Origin: Beijerinckiaceae bacterium
Lineage (GTDB): Bacteria > Pseudomonadota > Alphaproteobacteria > Rhizobiales > Beijerinckiaceae
Direction of reading: 5' to 3'
Length of the DNA: 64,000 nucleotides
Assembly: GCA_027533425.1 (NCBI GenBank)
Contig: JAPZUD010000007.1
Location: 135,928-199,927 of the forward strand
Under the pieces are notes generated by a model. It saw nothing but the letters and a program-made list of their open reading frames with translations. It made no database searches and was not told where the DNA came from. A program made the translations under genes and the position numbers. This document shows positions 19,619-30,230 of the stretch, in pieces (the stretch's first letter is position 1; every line of letters begins with the position of its first letter).

Positions 19619-20569
19619 ATGCGGCGCCATGTCTACGGCATCCTGATGCTGGCTGTCCTGGCCCTGTCCGGAACGGCGCAGGCCCAGACCTGCACGATCA
19701 CCCGGCCGGCCACGATCAATTTCGGCACGGTGGACGTGCTGCTGAATGCCCCGGTCGATGTTACCGCCACGATCTCGGTGAGTTGCACGGGCATCGCGAA
19801 CCGCACGGTCCGCGTCTGCCTCAATGTCGGGGATCCGAATACCGGAACAGTGGGCGGCGTCCGCCGGGCCTTGAGCGGCACGAACCTGCTGACCTACCAG
19901 TTCTATTCCGATCCCGGCCGGACCGTGAAATGGAGCAGCTGGAAAACCGGCGGTGCCGGCGTCGAGGTGCTGGTGCCGCTCAATGCCGCGGGCACGTCAA
20001 CACCGGTAGCGGTGACCATGTATGGCCGTGTTTTCGCCGGCCAGCAGACCGCGCCTCCGGGCACCTACACCGCCAATTTCAACGGCACCTTCACCCATCA
20101 GCGCAGCCGCTACACCAGCACCGGCCAGCTCTGCCCGGCCATGACAACCGGCACGCTCGCCTGGGCCTTCGCCAAGTCGGCGACCGTGCCGGCCAAATGC
20201 GTTGTCACCTCGGCGACAATGAATTTCGGCAACCCGACCGCGTTGACGGCGAATATCGATGCCTCGACCAATCTCGGCGTCGCCTGTTCAACCAACCTGC
20301 CTTATCAGGTCCAGCTCAATGGCGGCCTGTCGGGCGCGACAAATCCGACGCTGAGGCGGATGACCAAGGGCGCGGAATTTGTGACCTACGGCCTCTACCG
20401 CGATGCCGCCCGGACACAACCCTGGGGCGATACGCTGGGGACCAACACGCTGTCGGGCACAGGAACCGGCAACACGGTGGCCGTCCCGGTCTATGGCCGC
20501 GTGCCCGTGCAGACCACGCCGACGCCGGGAATCTATACCGACACGGTCGTCGTAACCGTGAACTACTGA
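19619..20569 (+). CDS. Two-domain SCPU fimbrial tip subunit/adhesin (CsuE-like)
   Basis: Signal peptide, two spore-coat-U domains, C-terminal PTPGIYTDTVVVTVNY. Confidence 0.88.
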   Translation: MRRHVYGILMLAVLALSGTAQAQTCTITRPATINFGTVDVLLNAPVDVTATISVSCTGIANRTVRVCLNVGDPNTGTVGGVRRALSGTNLLTYQFYSDPGRTVKWSSWKTGGAGVEVLVPLNAAGTSTPVAVTMYGRVFAGQQTAPPGTYTANFNGTFTHQRSRYTSTGQLCPAMTTGTLAWAFAKSATVPAKCVVTSATMNFGNPTALTANIDASTNLGVACSTNLPYQVQLNGGLSGATNPTLRRMTKGAEFVTYGLYRDAARTQPWGDTLGTNTLSGTGTGNTVAVPVYGRVPVQTTPTPGIYTDTVVVTVNY

Positions 20570-20578
20570 GGCGCCGAA

Positions 20579-21199
20579 TTACTGAGGCGCCCGCGGCGCG
20601 AAAGCTTCCCATCCCATCCGCCACCGCATGACGGTGGTGATCCAGCAGGCCGTTCCGAAGAGCATGGCCAGGAACGGGAAGGCCTGCGGCCACAGGCACA
20701 TCGCGACGAAAACCGCGATGGTCTCGGCACCCTCGGTCAACCCGCCGAGATAGTAGATGCCCTTCCGGGGAAAGGCCGTGCTGGTCATGCCGCGCCGCGC
20801 TGCCAGCACGGCGAAGGCGAGGAAGGACGATCCCGTCCCCATGAACGCTGCCAGAAGGAAGGCCGCCGGAAGCGCGTTGGCTGACGGATCCGACAAGGCG
20901 AAACCGAGAATGACCAGTCCGTAGAAGGCGAAATCGAGTGCGATGTCGAGAAATGCCCCGCGATCGCTCGGCCCCTGGAGCCGGGCCACCGCGCCATCGA
21001 GACCATCCGCGATCCGGTTCGCAAGGATGAGGGCCAGGGCGACGCCATGGGCGCCTGCAGCGAGGGCCGGCACCGCGAGCGCGCCCGTCACGAACCCGGC
21101 CAGCGTGATCCTGTCCGCGCGGATGCCGCGCGCGTCGAGCCACCGGGCCGCCGGTCCGAGAACAGGCTGGATCACCCCTTGCAGGCGGGCATCGAACAT
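20579..21199 (-). CDS. CDP-alcohol phosphatidyltransferase family protein (YnjF-like)
   Basis: ADGLDGAVAR...GAFLDIALD (DGxxAR...GxxxD motif); GGLTEGAET. Confidence 0.88.
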   Translation of the reverse strand: MFDARLQGVIQPVLGPAARWLDARGIRADRITLAGFVTGALAVPALAAGAHGVALALILANRIADGLDGAVARLQGPSDRGAFLDIALDFAFYGLVILGFALSDPSANALPAAFLLAAFMGTGSSFLAFAVLAARRGMTSTAFPRKGIYYLGGLTEGAETIAVFVAMCLWPQAFPFLAMLFGTACWITTVMRWRMGWEAFAPRAPQ

Positions 21200-21370
21200 T
21201 CTCTCGAACTCCCGGTTGATTGCGGCTCCGCTCCTATCATATCTGGATGGGTTGAGCCCTGCTTGCCCCGCCTTGTCATGTTGCCGCCACGATCAACAGA
21301 TCGTGTATCCCCGTCGCCGATGGTCCCGCCACGGGCCGCAGGCCCCTCCAACCCATCCCGGGAGACCCTG

Positions 21371-21826
21371 ATGATCCGCTTTTCCGTGAACGGGCAGCAG
21401 CAGGAGCTCGATCTCGAGACCGACATGCCGCTGCTCTGGGCCCTGCGGGACGGGATCGGGCTGACCGGCACGAAATATGGCTGCGGACAGGCCCTGTGCG
21501 GCGCCTGCACCGTCCTGGTCGACGGCCAGCCGACACGCTCCTGCCAGGTCAAGCTGCTTGACGTGGCCGGCCGGCAGATCACGACCATCGAAGGCGCCAG
21601 CGGCAAGGTGGCCGAAGTGGTCCAGCAGGCCTGGGCCCGGCTGGACGTGCCACAATGCGGCTATTGCCAGTCCGGACAGGTTCTCGCGGCCATCAGCCTG
21701 CTGACGGAGAACCGGCGCCCGACCGATGCCGATATCGATGCGGCGCTCTCGGGCAATCTCTGCCGCTGCGCTACCTATCCCCGCATCCGGGCGGCCGTGC
21801 ATGAAGCCGCCCGCGCCCTCGCCTGA
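21371..21826 (+). CDS. (2Fe-2S)-binding small subunit of IorA-type molybdo-hydroxylase
   Basis: GTKYGCGQALCGACTV...RSC; VPQCGYCQSGQ; GNLCRCATY. Confidence 0.92.
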   Translation: MIRFSVNGQQQELDLETDMPLLWALRDGIGLTGTKYGCGQALCGACTVLVDGQPTRSCQVKLLDVAGRQITTIEGASGKVAEVVQQAWARLDVPQCGYCQSGQVLAAISLLTENRRPTDADIDAALSGNLCRCATYPRIRAAVHEAARALA

Positions 21827-21841
21827 CAGACGGAGCCCTTG

Positions 21842-24031
21842 ATGATCCCGCGTTTCCTCGCTGACCGGGCCCTGAAGGATCCGGTCGCCTCCCGCCGGGG
21901 CTTCCTGCTCGGCGCAGCTGCCGTGACCGGCGGCCTGATGATCGGCTTCGCGCCCCGCAGCGCGAAGGCGCAGGCACCGGCCGGCAGGAACCCCTTCGCC
22001 GGCTATATCCGGATCGGCACGGACAACACGGTCACGATCTTCTCCGCCCATATGGATATGGGCCAGGGCATCTATCACGGCATCGCGACGCTGGTGAACG
22101 AGGAGCTGATGGCCGACTGGGCCCAGATTCGCGTCGAGGGTGGCTGGGGCAATCCCGGCCTCTATGGCAATGTCGGCTGGGGCGGCACCGTGCAGGGCAC
22201 GGGGGGCTCGACCGGCACACCCTCCTCCTTCGACCGCTACCGCAAGGCCGGCGCAGCGGCCCGGTTGATGCTGGTCCAGGCTGCAGCGCAGGAATGGAAC
22301 GTGCCGGCCGCCGAGATCGAGGTCGAGAAGGGCATGCTGCGCCACAAGGCGCGCTATATGAGCTTCGGCAATGTCGTCGCTCGTGCCGCCGCCCTGCCGG
22401 TTCCGCAGGAGGTGCCGCTCAAGAGGCCGGAGGACTGGATCTACATTGGCAAGGACCGCCCGATTCTCCGGAAATATGACAGCCTCGCCAAGTCGACCGG
22501 CCGCCAGAATTTCACGATCGACGTCCGCCTCCCGGGCCTGCTGACGGCAGTGATGATCCATCCGCCGCGTTTCGGCGCGAAGGTCCGCCAGTTTGACGCA
22601 ACCCGCGCGAAGGCCATGCGCGGGGTGGTCGACGTGGTGCAGGTGCCGCGCGGCGTCGCGGTGGTCGCCGACAATATGTGGCGGGCGCTGAAGGCCCGCG
22701 AGGCGGTGACGGTCGAGTGGGATGAAAGCGGCGCCGAGACGCGCTCCACGGCGGAGATCATGGCCGCCTACCATGCGCTGGCGAAGCAGCCGGGCAAGGC
22801 CGTCGCCACCGATATCGGAAATGTCGGTTCCGCTTTCGCTTCGGCCGCGAAGGTGCTCGAGGCAACCTTCGAATTCCCCTATCTCGCCCATGCCGCACTC
22901 GAACCGATGAATGCCATCGCCCGGATCGAGAATGGCCGCGTCGAGGTCTGGGGTGGGCACCAGATGCCGGATGTCTATCAGGCCATCGCGGCGGGCATTG
23001 CCGGCGTGACACCGGACAAGGTGACACTCCATGTCATGAAGACCGGTGGCGGTTTCGGCCGGCGTGCCGTGATCGATGGCGACGTGATCGCCGAGGCCGT
23101 AGCCGTCTCGAAGGCCATCGGCGGCCGGCCCGTCCGCGTGCAATGGACCCGCGAGGATGACATGCGCGCCGGGCGCTACCGGCCGGCCTATGTCCATTAC
23201 CTCAAGGCCGGGCTGGACGCGGCAGGCAACATTGTGGGCTGGCAGAACCACATTGTCGGCCAGTCTATCGTCAGCGGTACGCCCTTCGAGGCCGGCATGG
23301 TGAAGAACGGCGTCGATGTCACCTCGGTAGAGGGCGCATCCGAACTGCCCTATGCCTTCCCGAACATGCGGGTCGAACTGACGACCACCACCACCGGCGT
23401 GCCTGTGCTCTGGTGGCGCGCAGTCGGCTCGACCCATACGGCCTATGCGGTCGAGACCTTCCTCGACGAACTGGCTGTTGCCGCAGGCAAGGACCCCGTC
23501 GCCTTCCGGCTCGACCTGCTGAAGGACCATCCCCGCCATGCCGCCGTGCTGAAACTGGCCGCCGAGAAAGCGGGCTGGGACCAGCCCCTGCCACCGGGCC
23601 GGTTCCGTGGCGTCGCGCTGGCGGAATCCTTCGACACGATCGTGGCGGAAATCGCCGAGATCTCCGTCGAGGGCAACCAGCCGAAGGTCCATCGCGTCAC
23701 CTGTGCGCTCGATTGCGGCATTGCCGTCAACCCGGACAATGTCCGCGCGCAGATGGAAGGCAGCGTCGGATTCGGCCTCGGCGCCATCCTCAAATCCCGG
23801 ATCACGCTGGATCAGGGCCGCGTCGTCGAGGGCAATTTCGATGGCTACGAGGTTCTGCGCATCGACGAGATGCCCATGGTCGATGTGCATATCCTGCCCT
23901 CGACCGAGGCACCGACCGGCGTGGGCGAACCGGGTGTGCCGCCGATCGGTCCGGCGGTGGCGAATGCCTATTTCGCGGCGACGAAGCGCCGGATCCGGGC
24001 GCTGCCCTTCAACCGGCCGGAAAACAGCTGA
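21842..24031 (+). CDS. Molybdopterin-binding large subunit (IorB/xanthine dehydrogenase family)
   Basis: SRRGFL Tat motif; DMGQG; TGGSTG; GGGFGRR; WWRAVG; [18 protein letters not shown]. Confidence 0.92.
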   Translation: MIPRFLADRALKDPVASRRGFLLGAAAVTGGLMIGFAPRSAKAQAPAGRNPFAGYIRIGTDNTVTIFSAHMDMGQGIYHGIATLVNEELMADWAQIRVEGGWGNPGLYGNVGWGGTVQGTGGSTGTPSSFDRYRKAGAAARLMLVQAAAQEWNVPAAEIEVEKGMLRHKARYMSFGNVVARAAALPVPQEVPLKRPEDWIYIGKDRPILRKYDSLAKSTGRQNFTIDVRLPGLLTAVMIHPPRFGAKVRQFDATRAKAMRGVVDVVQVPRGVAVVADNMWRALKAREAVTVEWDESGAETRSTAEIMAAYHALAKQPGKAVATDIGNVGSAFASAAKVLEATFEFPYLAHAALEPMNAIARIENGRVEVWGGHQMPDVYQAIAAGIAGVTPDKVTLHVMKTGGGFGRRAVIDGDVIAEAVAVSKAIGGRPVRVQWTREDDMRAGRYRPAYVHYLKAGLDAAGNIVGWQNHIVGQSIVSGTPFEAGMVKNGVDVTSVEGASELPYAFPNMRVELTTTTTGVPVLWWRAVGSTHTAYAVETFLDELAVAAGKDPVAFRLDLLKDHPRHAAVLKLAAEKAGWDQPLPPGRFRGVALAESFDTIVAEIAEISVEGNQPKVHRVTCALDCGIAVNPDNVRAQMEGSVGFGLGAILKSRITLDQGRVVEGNFDGYEVLRIDEMPMVDVHILPSTEAPTGVGEPGVPPIGPAVANAYFAATKRRIRALPFNRPENS

Positions 24032-24055
24032 AAAGGAGCGCCCGCGGCGCTCCGT

Positions 24056-25888
24056 TCAGGCGTCATGCCCGATGAATCCGCCGGATTGCCGCGCCCAGAG
24101 ATCGGCATAGATGCCACCCCGGCGGATGAGTTCGGCATGGCTGCCCTCCTCGACCACCCGGCCCTGATCAACCACCACGAGCCGGTCCATCGCCGCAATG
24201 GTCGACAGGCGGTGGGCAATGGCGATGACAGTCTTGCCATGCACGAGAAGGCCGAGGCTTTCCTGGATCGCGGCCTCGATCTCGGAATCGAGCGCCGAGG
24301 TCGCCTCGTCCAGCACGATGACCGGTGCATCCTTGAGGAAAACCCGCGCGATCGCGATACGCTGGCGCTGCCCGCCGGAAAGCTTCACGCCGCGCTCGCC
24401 GACCTGCGCCTCGTAGCCGCGCTGCCCTTTCGCATCCACGAGGTCGCGGATGAAGCCATCGGCATGGGCCGCTTTCGCCGCAGCGATCACGCGGGAATCC
24501 GGTGCATCCGGCCGGCCGTAGCGGATATTCTCCGCCACCGAGCGATGCAGCAAGGCCGTATCCTGCGTCACCACCGCAATCTGTGCGCGCAGAGATTCCT
24601 GGGCGATTCCGGCAATATCCTGCCCGTCGATCAGGATGCGGCCTGACCGCACATCGTAAAGCCTGAGCAGGAGCGAGACGAGCGTACTCTTGCCGGCACC
24701 GGAGCGGCCGACAAGCCCCACTTTCTCGCCCGGCCGGATTGTCAGCGAAAGTCCGTCCAGCGCATTCCGGCCATTGCCGTAATCGAAGGTCACTGTCTCG
24801 AACCGGATCTCGCCGCGCACCGGCCCGAGCGGCTGCGCGCCGGGCCTGTCCAGCACGGTCAACGGCTGCGAGAGCAGGCCCGCACCGTCGCGCACGGTCC
24901 CGAGCGCCTCGAACAGCGCCGAGGTTTCCCAGAGGATCCATTGCGACATGCCCTGCAGGCGAAGGGCCAGCGCGATGGCCACCGCGATCGCGCCGATGCT
25001 GACAATCTCGGCATGCCAGAGCAGGACCGAAAGGCCTGCCAGTGCCGCGAGCATGACGAAATTCTGCAGGTGCAGCAATGAATTGAGCACGGTCACCAGC
25101 CGCATCTGCCGATGCACGGTGCCGAGGAAGGGCGCCATGCTCTCCCGGGCATAATCCGCCTCGGCACGCGAATGCGCGAAGAGCTTCACCGTGGCCATGT
25201 TGGTATAGCTGTCCACGATCCGGCCCGTCATTCGAGCGCGCGCATCGGCCTGCGCCTCCGAGATCCGCCCGAGCCGCGGGATGAAGACGACCAGCGTCAG
25301 CGCATAGGTGGCCGCCCAGACAAAGAGCGGCAGGGCCAGGCGCCAATCGGCACTGGCGAGATAGATGAGGGCCGCCAGCACATAGACTGCGAAATAGACG
25401 AGGACATCGCACATCTTCGTCGTCGCCTCGCGCACGGCCAGCGCGGTTTGCATGACGGTTGTGGCGATCCGGCCGGCCATGTCGTTCTGGAAGAAGGTGA
25501 GGCTTTGCTCAAGCAGATAGCGATGGGCGAGCCAGCGCACGCGCATCGGGAAATTGCCGGCCATGCCCTGATGGAACACGAATTCCCAGAGCAGGTGCAA
25601 AGCGGGCGCGACCAGCGCGATCAGCACCAGCATGCCCGCGAGCATCCAGCCATTGCGCTCGAAGAACCCCTCGCGGCTCTCCCGCGCCAGCCAGTCCACC
25701 AGGGTACCGATCATCGAGAAGATCGACACCTCCACCACCGCGATCAGCGCGGAGAGAAGCGTGATGACGGCAAGCAGCTTCCAGACCGGCCGGATGTAAT
25801 GCCAGAGGAAGGCTGCGAGCCCGGGCGGCGGCATACCCGGTCTCTCGGTAGGGAAGGGATCAAGCAGGGATTCGAACCAGCGGAACAT
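24056..25888 (-). CDS. ABC exporter, fused permease/ATPase (multidrug/lipid type)
   Basis: Six-TM N-terminal domain; GRSGAGKST; LSGGQRQR; LDEATSALD; IAHRLST. Confidence 0.92.
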   Translation of the reverse strand: MFRWFESLLDPFPTERPGMPPPGLAAFLWHYIRPVWKLLAVITLLSALIAVVEVSIFSMIGTLVDWLARESREGFFERNGWMLAGMLVLIALVAPALHLLWEFVFHQGMAGNFPMRVRWLAHRYLLEQSLTFFQNDMAGRIATTVMQTALAVREATTKMCDVLVYFAVYVLAALIYLASADWRLALPLFVWAATYALTLVVFIPRLGRISEAQADARARMTGRIVDSYTNMATVKLFAHSRAEADYARESMAPFLGTVHRQMRLVTVLNSLLHLQNFVMLAALAGLSVLLWHAEIVSIGAIAVAIALALRLQGMSQWILWETSALFEALGTVRDGAGLLSQPLTVLDRPGAQPLGPVRGEIRFETVTFDYGNGRNALDGLSLTIRPGEKVGLVGRSGAGKSTLVSLLLRLYDVRSGRILIDGQDIAGIAQESLRAQIAVVTQDTALLHRSVAENIRYGRPDAPDSRVIAAAKAAHADGFIRDLVDAKGQRGYEAQVGERGVKLSGGQRQRIAIARVFLKDAPVIVLDEATSALDSEIEAAIQESLGLLVHGKTVIAIAHRLSTIAAMDRLVVVDQGRVVEEGSHAELIRRGGIYADLWARQSGGFIGHDA

Positions 25889-25955
25889 GCGGGCAGGCTT
25901 ACCCGCCTTTCATGTCCGCTCAAAGACCGCGCATCGCGGCTCCTGACAGGAAATG

Positions 25956-26675
25956 TCAGCGACCGTGCTGCTCCCGCCAGGCCTCGAACTCGGCCTTCGT
26001 GCCGGGATCGGTCGGCGGGTAGAGCCCAAGGATCGAACGACCGCCCTGCACCTTCTCCAGCACGAAATCCTCGAACGCCGTCATCTCGACGGCCTCGTCG
26101 GCAATCTCCGCCGCGATCCCCGCCGGGATCACGATCACCCCCTCGCGGTCGCCCACCACCACATCGCCCGGCCAGACCGGGACATCGCCGCAGCCGATCG
26201 GCACATTGATGTCGAGCGCCTGATGGAGGGTGAGATTGGTCGGGGCCGAAGGGCGGTTATGATAGGCCGGGAACGGCATTTCCGCGATTTCCGGGCTGTC
26301 GCGGAAGCCGCCATCGGTGACAACGCCGGCGACGCCGCGCATCATCAGCCGCGTCACGAGGATTGACCCTGCGGAGGCAGCGCGCGGGTCCTTGCGGCTG
26401 TCCATGACAAGCACCGCGCCGGGCGGACATTCCTCCACCGCCTTGCGCTGCGGATGCGCGCGGTCCTGGAAAACGGTGATCGGGTTGAGATCCTCCCGCG
26501 CCGGGATGTAGCGCAGGGTAAAGGCCTCGCCGACCATGTTCGGCAGGTTGGGATTGAGCGGCCGCACATCCTGCAGGAACTGGTTGCGCAGCCCGCGCTT
26601 GAACAACGCGGTGCAGAGCGTCGCGGTGGAAACACCGAGGAGTTTCTTGCGGATGGCTGGGGTAAGCGCGGACAT
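25956..26675 (-). CDS. RraA-like / HMG-CHA aldolase family protein
   Basis: MVGEAFTLRYIPARED; VLVMDS; GVVTDGGFRD; VWPGDVVVGDREGV; lies in a catabolic operon. Confidence 0.85.
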   Translation of the reverse strand: MSALTPAIRKKLLGVSTATLCTALFKRGLRNQFLQDVRPLNPNLPNMVGEAFTLRYIPAREDLNPITVFQDRAHPQRKAVEECPPGAVLVMDSRKDPRAASAGSILVTRLMMRGVAGVVTDGGFRDSPEIAEMPFPAYHNRPSAPTNLTLHQALDINVPIGCGDVPVWPGDVVVGDREGVIVIPAGIAAEIADEAVEMTAFEDFVLEKVQGGRSILGLYPPTDPGTKAEFEAWREQHGR

Positions 26676-26683
26676 GGCAGGCC

Positions 26684-28417
26684 TCAGAAGATCACCGGCT
26701 CGCTGACAGGCGCGCCGAACTCGGTTTCCAGGAAGTCGAAGTCGCAGCCCTGATCGGCCTGCTTGATATGCCGCGAGAACATCCAGCCATAGCCTCGCTC
26801 GTAGCGGGGCGGCGGCGGCACCAGCGCTGCCCGGCGTGCAGCAAGCTCCGCCTCCGGCACGTCGAGCGAGATCGTCCGGTTCGGCACGTCGATGGTGATC
26901 CGGTCGCCCGTCTTCACCAGCGCCAGTGGCCCGCCGACATAGCTTTCCGGCGCGACATGGAGGATGCAGGCGCCATAGGAGGTGCCGCTCATCCGCGCAT
27001 CGGAGAGGCGAACCATGTCGCGCACGCCCTGCTTGAGCAGCTTCTTCGGGATCGGCAGCATGCCCCATTCCGGCATGCCCGGCCCGCCGAGTGGCCCGGC
27101 ATTGCGGAGCACGAGGATCGTGTCCTCGGTCACGTCGAGATCCTCGCGGTCAATATTGGCCTTGAGCGCGGGATAATCGTCAAAAACCAGCGCCGGCCCG
27201 GAATGCGTGAGGAATTTCTGTGCACAGGCCGAGGGCTTCATCACGCAGCCATCCGGCGCGAGATTGCCTTTCAGCACGGCCAGCGCGCCTTCCTTGTAGA
27301 TCGGGTTGTCGAGCGGGCGGATCACATCGTCGTTGAAGACCTGCGCTCCTTCGAGGCATTCGGCCCAACTCTTCCCGGACACGTTGATCTGGGTGAGGTC
27401 GAGCATCGGCTTGAGCCGCGACATCAGGCCCAGCAATCCGCCGGCAAAGTAGAAATCCTCCATCAGATAGGTGCTGCCGGAGGGGCGGATATTGGCGATG
27501 ACCGGCACATGGCGGCTGGTCGCATCGAAATCCGCAAGGCCGATCGGGTGCCCCGCCCGCCGCGCCATGGCGAGCACATGGATGACCGCATTGGTCGAGC
27601 AGCCCATCGCCATCGCCACCACGATGGCATTCCGGTAGGCCTGCTCGGTCTGGATCTTGCCCGGCGTCAGGTCTTCCCAGACCATGTCGACGATCCGCCG
27701 CCCGGCTTCCGAACACATGCGGATATGGTTCGCATCCGCCGCGAGAATGGCCGAGCTGCCGGGCAAGGTCATGCCGATCGCATCGGCGAGCGCTGTCATC
27801 GTCGCCGCCGTGCCCATCGTCATGCAGACGCCATAGGACCGGGCGATGCCGGTCTGCATTTCGTTCCAGTCCCGGTCAGTGATCGTGCCGGCGCGGCGTT
27901 CATCCCAATACTTCCAGAGATCGGAACCCGAGCCGAGCGCCTTGCCCTGCCAGTTGCCGCGCAGCATCGGCCCGGCCGGCACGAAGATCGCCGGCACATC
28001 GGCGCTGGTCGCGCCGAGCAGCAGGCCCGGCGTGGTCTTGTCGCAACCGCCCATCAGCACCACGCCATCGACCGGCTGCGAGCGGATCAGCTCCTCCGTC
28101 TCCATCGCGAGGAAATTGCGGTAGAGCATCGTCGTCGGCTTGACCGTGCTTTCGGACAGGGAGATCGCGGGCAGCTCCACCGGGAAGCCGCCGCCCATCA
28201 GGACGCCGCGCTTCACATCCTCGACGCGCGTTTTGAAATGCGCATGGCACTGCGCGAAATCCGACCAGGTATTGATGATCCCGATGATCGGGCGACCTTT
28301 GAACTCGTCATCGGCAAAGCCCATCTGGTTCATGCGGCTGCGATGGCCGAAGGAACGCAGGTCATCCGGGGCGAACCAGCGCTGCGAACGCAGGTCCTCG
28401 AGTTTTTTGCGGGTCAT
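26684..28417 (-). CDS. IlvD/Edd-family sugar-acid dehydratase (L-arabinonate dehydratase-like)
   Basis: INTWSDFAQCH; GGCDKTTPG; GVCMTMGTA; GCSTNAVIH; GPGMPEWG; SDARMSGTSYG. Confidence 0.9.
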   Translation of the reverse strand: MTRKKLEDLRSQRWFAPDDLRSFGHRSRMNQMGFADDEFKGRPIIGIINTWSDFAQCHAHFKTRVEDVKRGVLMGGGFPVELPAISLSESTVKPTTMLYRNFLAMETEELIRSQPVDGVVLMGGCDKTTPGLLLGATSADVPAIFVPAGPMLRGNWQGKALGSGSDLWKYWDERRAGTITDRDWNEMQTGIARSYGVCMTMGTAATMTALADAIGMTLPGSSAILAADANHIRMCSEAGRRIVDMVWEDLTPGKIQTEQAYRNAIVVAMAMGCSTNAVIHVLAMARRAGHPIGLADFDATSRHVPVIANIRPSGSTYLMEDFYFAGGLLGLMSRLKPMLDLTQINVSGKSWAECLEGAQVFNDDVIRPLDNPIYKEGALAVLKGNLAPDGCVMKPSACAQKFLTHSGPALVFDDYPALKANIDREDLDVTEDTILVLRNAGPLGGPGMPEWGMLPIPKKLLKQGVRDMVRLSDARMSGTSYGACILHVAPESYVGGPLALVKTGDRITIDVPNRTISLDVPEAELAARRAALVPPPPRYERGYGWMFSRHIKQADQGCDFDFLETEFGAPVSEPVIF

Positions 28418-28433
28418 GCTGTCCTCCCGCCGG

Positions 28434-29351
28434 TCATTCGGCTGCGGCGGCGCGGGCGCGCCAGCCATCGAGGATACGCGCGAGATCCGCCCGCTCCTGC
28501 GGGTTGAGTTCGGGCAATCCCGGCAGGCGGACCGGGCCCACAGGCCGGCCCATCAGCCCCATCGCTTCCTTGACTACCGTGACATTCGCGCCGTTGCCGT
28601 ATTTTGTCCGCATGGCCTCGAACCCGGCAATCGCATCGACGAGCCGACGCGCCGCCGGATAATCCCCCGCCTCGAGCGCCGACCAGATCGCGAGCGAACG
28701 CTCCGGCGCGACATTGACGAGCCCCGAGGTGAAGCCGCGCGCCCCCAGCGCATGGAACGGCGCGGCCCAGCCCTCGGCCAGCCCGCAGATCCACACCGCC
28801 TTGCTGCCCGCACTGGCGCGGATGCACTCGGCCAGCAGCATCAGGTTGGTCGAGGCAAATTTCACGCCCGCCACATTGGCATGCGTCGCCACCCGGACGA
28901 GATCCGCCACGCCGATCGCATCGGAGCGGATATAGGCCACCACCGGCAGCGGCACGGCATCGGCGATCGCCCGGATGTAATCCGCCTGCGATTGCGGCGC
29001 GGCGAACGGATCGAGCGGGTGATGCACCATCACCGCATCGCAGCCGGCTGTCGCCGCTGCCTTGCCGAGCGCGACGGCCTCGCGCAGCGAACGGCCGATT
29101 CCGGCCGTGACCTTGGCCTTGCCGGCCGCCGCCTCCGCCGCAACGGCATGGCTGCGTTCGATTTCGGCCATGGTCATCGGATAGAACTCGCCGGTATTCC
29201 CGGCCGAGACGATATTGTGGATGCCGGCCTCCGCAATGCCGCGCACCACGGCCGCAACGCCGGCCCAGTCCGGCTCGCCCTCGGCCGTATAGGGCGTGAC
29301 ATGCACGCCCGAAATGCCGCGCAGGGCAGCTACCATCGATTCACTCGACAT
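28434..29351 (-). CDS. DHDPS/NAL-family (DapA-like) aldolase or dehydratase; start uncertain (29384/29351/29336)
   Basis: VHVTPY; AGNTGEFY; VAYIRS; GVKFAS (Schiff-base Lys). Confidence 0.88.
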   Translation of the reverse strand: MSSESMVAALRGISGVHVTPYTAEGEPDWAGVAAVVRGIAEAGIHNIVSAGNTGEFYPMTMAEIERSHAVAAEAAAGKAKVTAGIGRSLREAVALGKAAATAGCDAVMVHHPLDPFAAPQSQADYIRAIADAVPLPVVAYIRSDAIGVADLVRVATHANVAGVKFASTNLMLLAECIRASAGSKAVWICGLAEGWAAPFHALGARGFTSGLVNVAPERSLAIWSALEAGDYPAARRLVDAIAGFEAMRTKYGNGANVTVVKEAMGLMGRPVGPVRLPGLPELNPQERADLARILDGWRARAAAAE

Positions 29352-30072
29352 AGTCACGGTCCTCAAGTCCGGTGCCAAAGACATGGTTCAGGAAATGGCG
29401 GGCCGAGCGCAGGATATGCTGGCGCATTTCCCGCTCGGCGAGATCGGCATCCCGCGCGGTGATCGCGCGGGCAATCGCCCGATGCTCGCGGAATCCGGCG
29501 CGGCGCTCTTCCAGGTCACCCAGAACGGCAAGACGCCGGGCATGGTCATACATCCGCTGGCTGTCGAGGCGGCTCTGCAGGTAATCGCATTGGGCAATGG
29601 TCGAGATCGCGCCATGGAACCGTTCGTTGAGCGCGACAATCTCCTCAAGATCGCCATGCTCGGTGGCATGTTCCATCCGGCCGACCAGACCGGCGAGATC
29701 CGCCGCCGCAATCGCCTCGATGCGCCGGGCAGCGATCCCCGCCATCACGCCCTCCACGGCGGCGCGGGCCATCGCCATCTCATAGGCGCGGCGCGGGCCG
29801 AACAGCACGAACACGCCGCGGCGCGCCTCGATCCGGACCAGCCCCTCGCCTTCCAGCATCCGGAGCGCATCCTTGACCGGCGTGGTGCTGATCCGGAGCA
29901 GATCGGCCAGCTCCCGCTCGTGCAGGCGTTCGCCTTCCCGGAACCGCCCGGCAATGATCAGCCCGCGCAGCCGCTCGTGCACATGTTCGCGCAGGCTCCT
30001 GAGCAGATGCGGATCAACCGGCTCGATGCCGGCTCCCGGCTCGCTCGCGGATTCGCGGTGATCCCTGTCCAT
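29341..30072 (-). CDS. GntR-family (FCD) transcriptional regulator
   Basis: LRGLIIAGRFREGERLHERELADLLRISTTPVKDALRMLEGEGL HTH; NERFHGAI; REHRAI. Confidence 0.9.
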   Translation of the reverse strand: MDRDHRESASEPGAGIEPVDPHLLRSLREHVHERLRGLIIAGRFREGERLHERELADLLRISTTPVKDALRMLEGEGLVRIEARRGVFVLFGPRRAYEMAMARAAVEGVMAGIAARRIEAIAAADLAGLVGRMEHATEHGDLEEIVALNERFHGAISTIAQCDYLQSRLDSQRMYDHARRLAVLGDLEERRAGFREHRAIARAITARDADLAEREMRQHILRSARHFLNHVFGTGLEDRDYVE

Positions 30073-30125
30073 GGACGCCTCGCTGGAATGTCCCGGCAGA
30101 AACAGCATGTTTCGCAGCATACTGC

Positions 30126-30143
30126 AATCTGAAATTTCAGATT
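30126..30143. promoter_or_regulatory. Perfect 18-bp palindrome, probable GntR operator
   Basis: AATCTGAAATTTCAGATT between the divergent gntR and tctC-like genes. Confidence 0.7.
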
Positions 30144-30230
30144 TCAATCTGCTGCGAGGCATGATACGGACATGGCCGGTGAAGCCCACAACCGCCGGTC
30201 CAACGGCGGATCCGATCAGGAGGAACGCGG

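Noticed and set aside
21293-23890. 865-aa minus-strand ORF
   Set aside because: Shadow of the iorAB-like genes.
25956-26675. RraA as an RNase E regulator
   Set aside because: Context in a catabolic operon and the retained DGGFRD motif favour the aldolase-type members of this fold.
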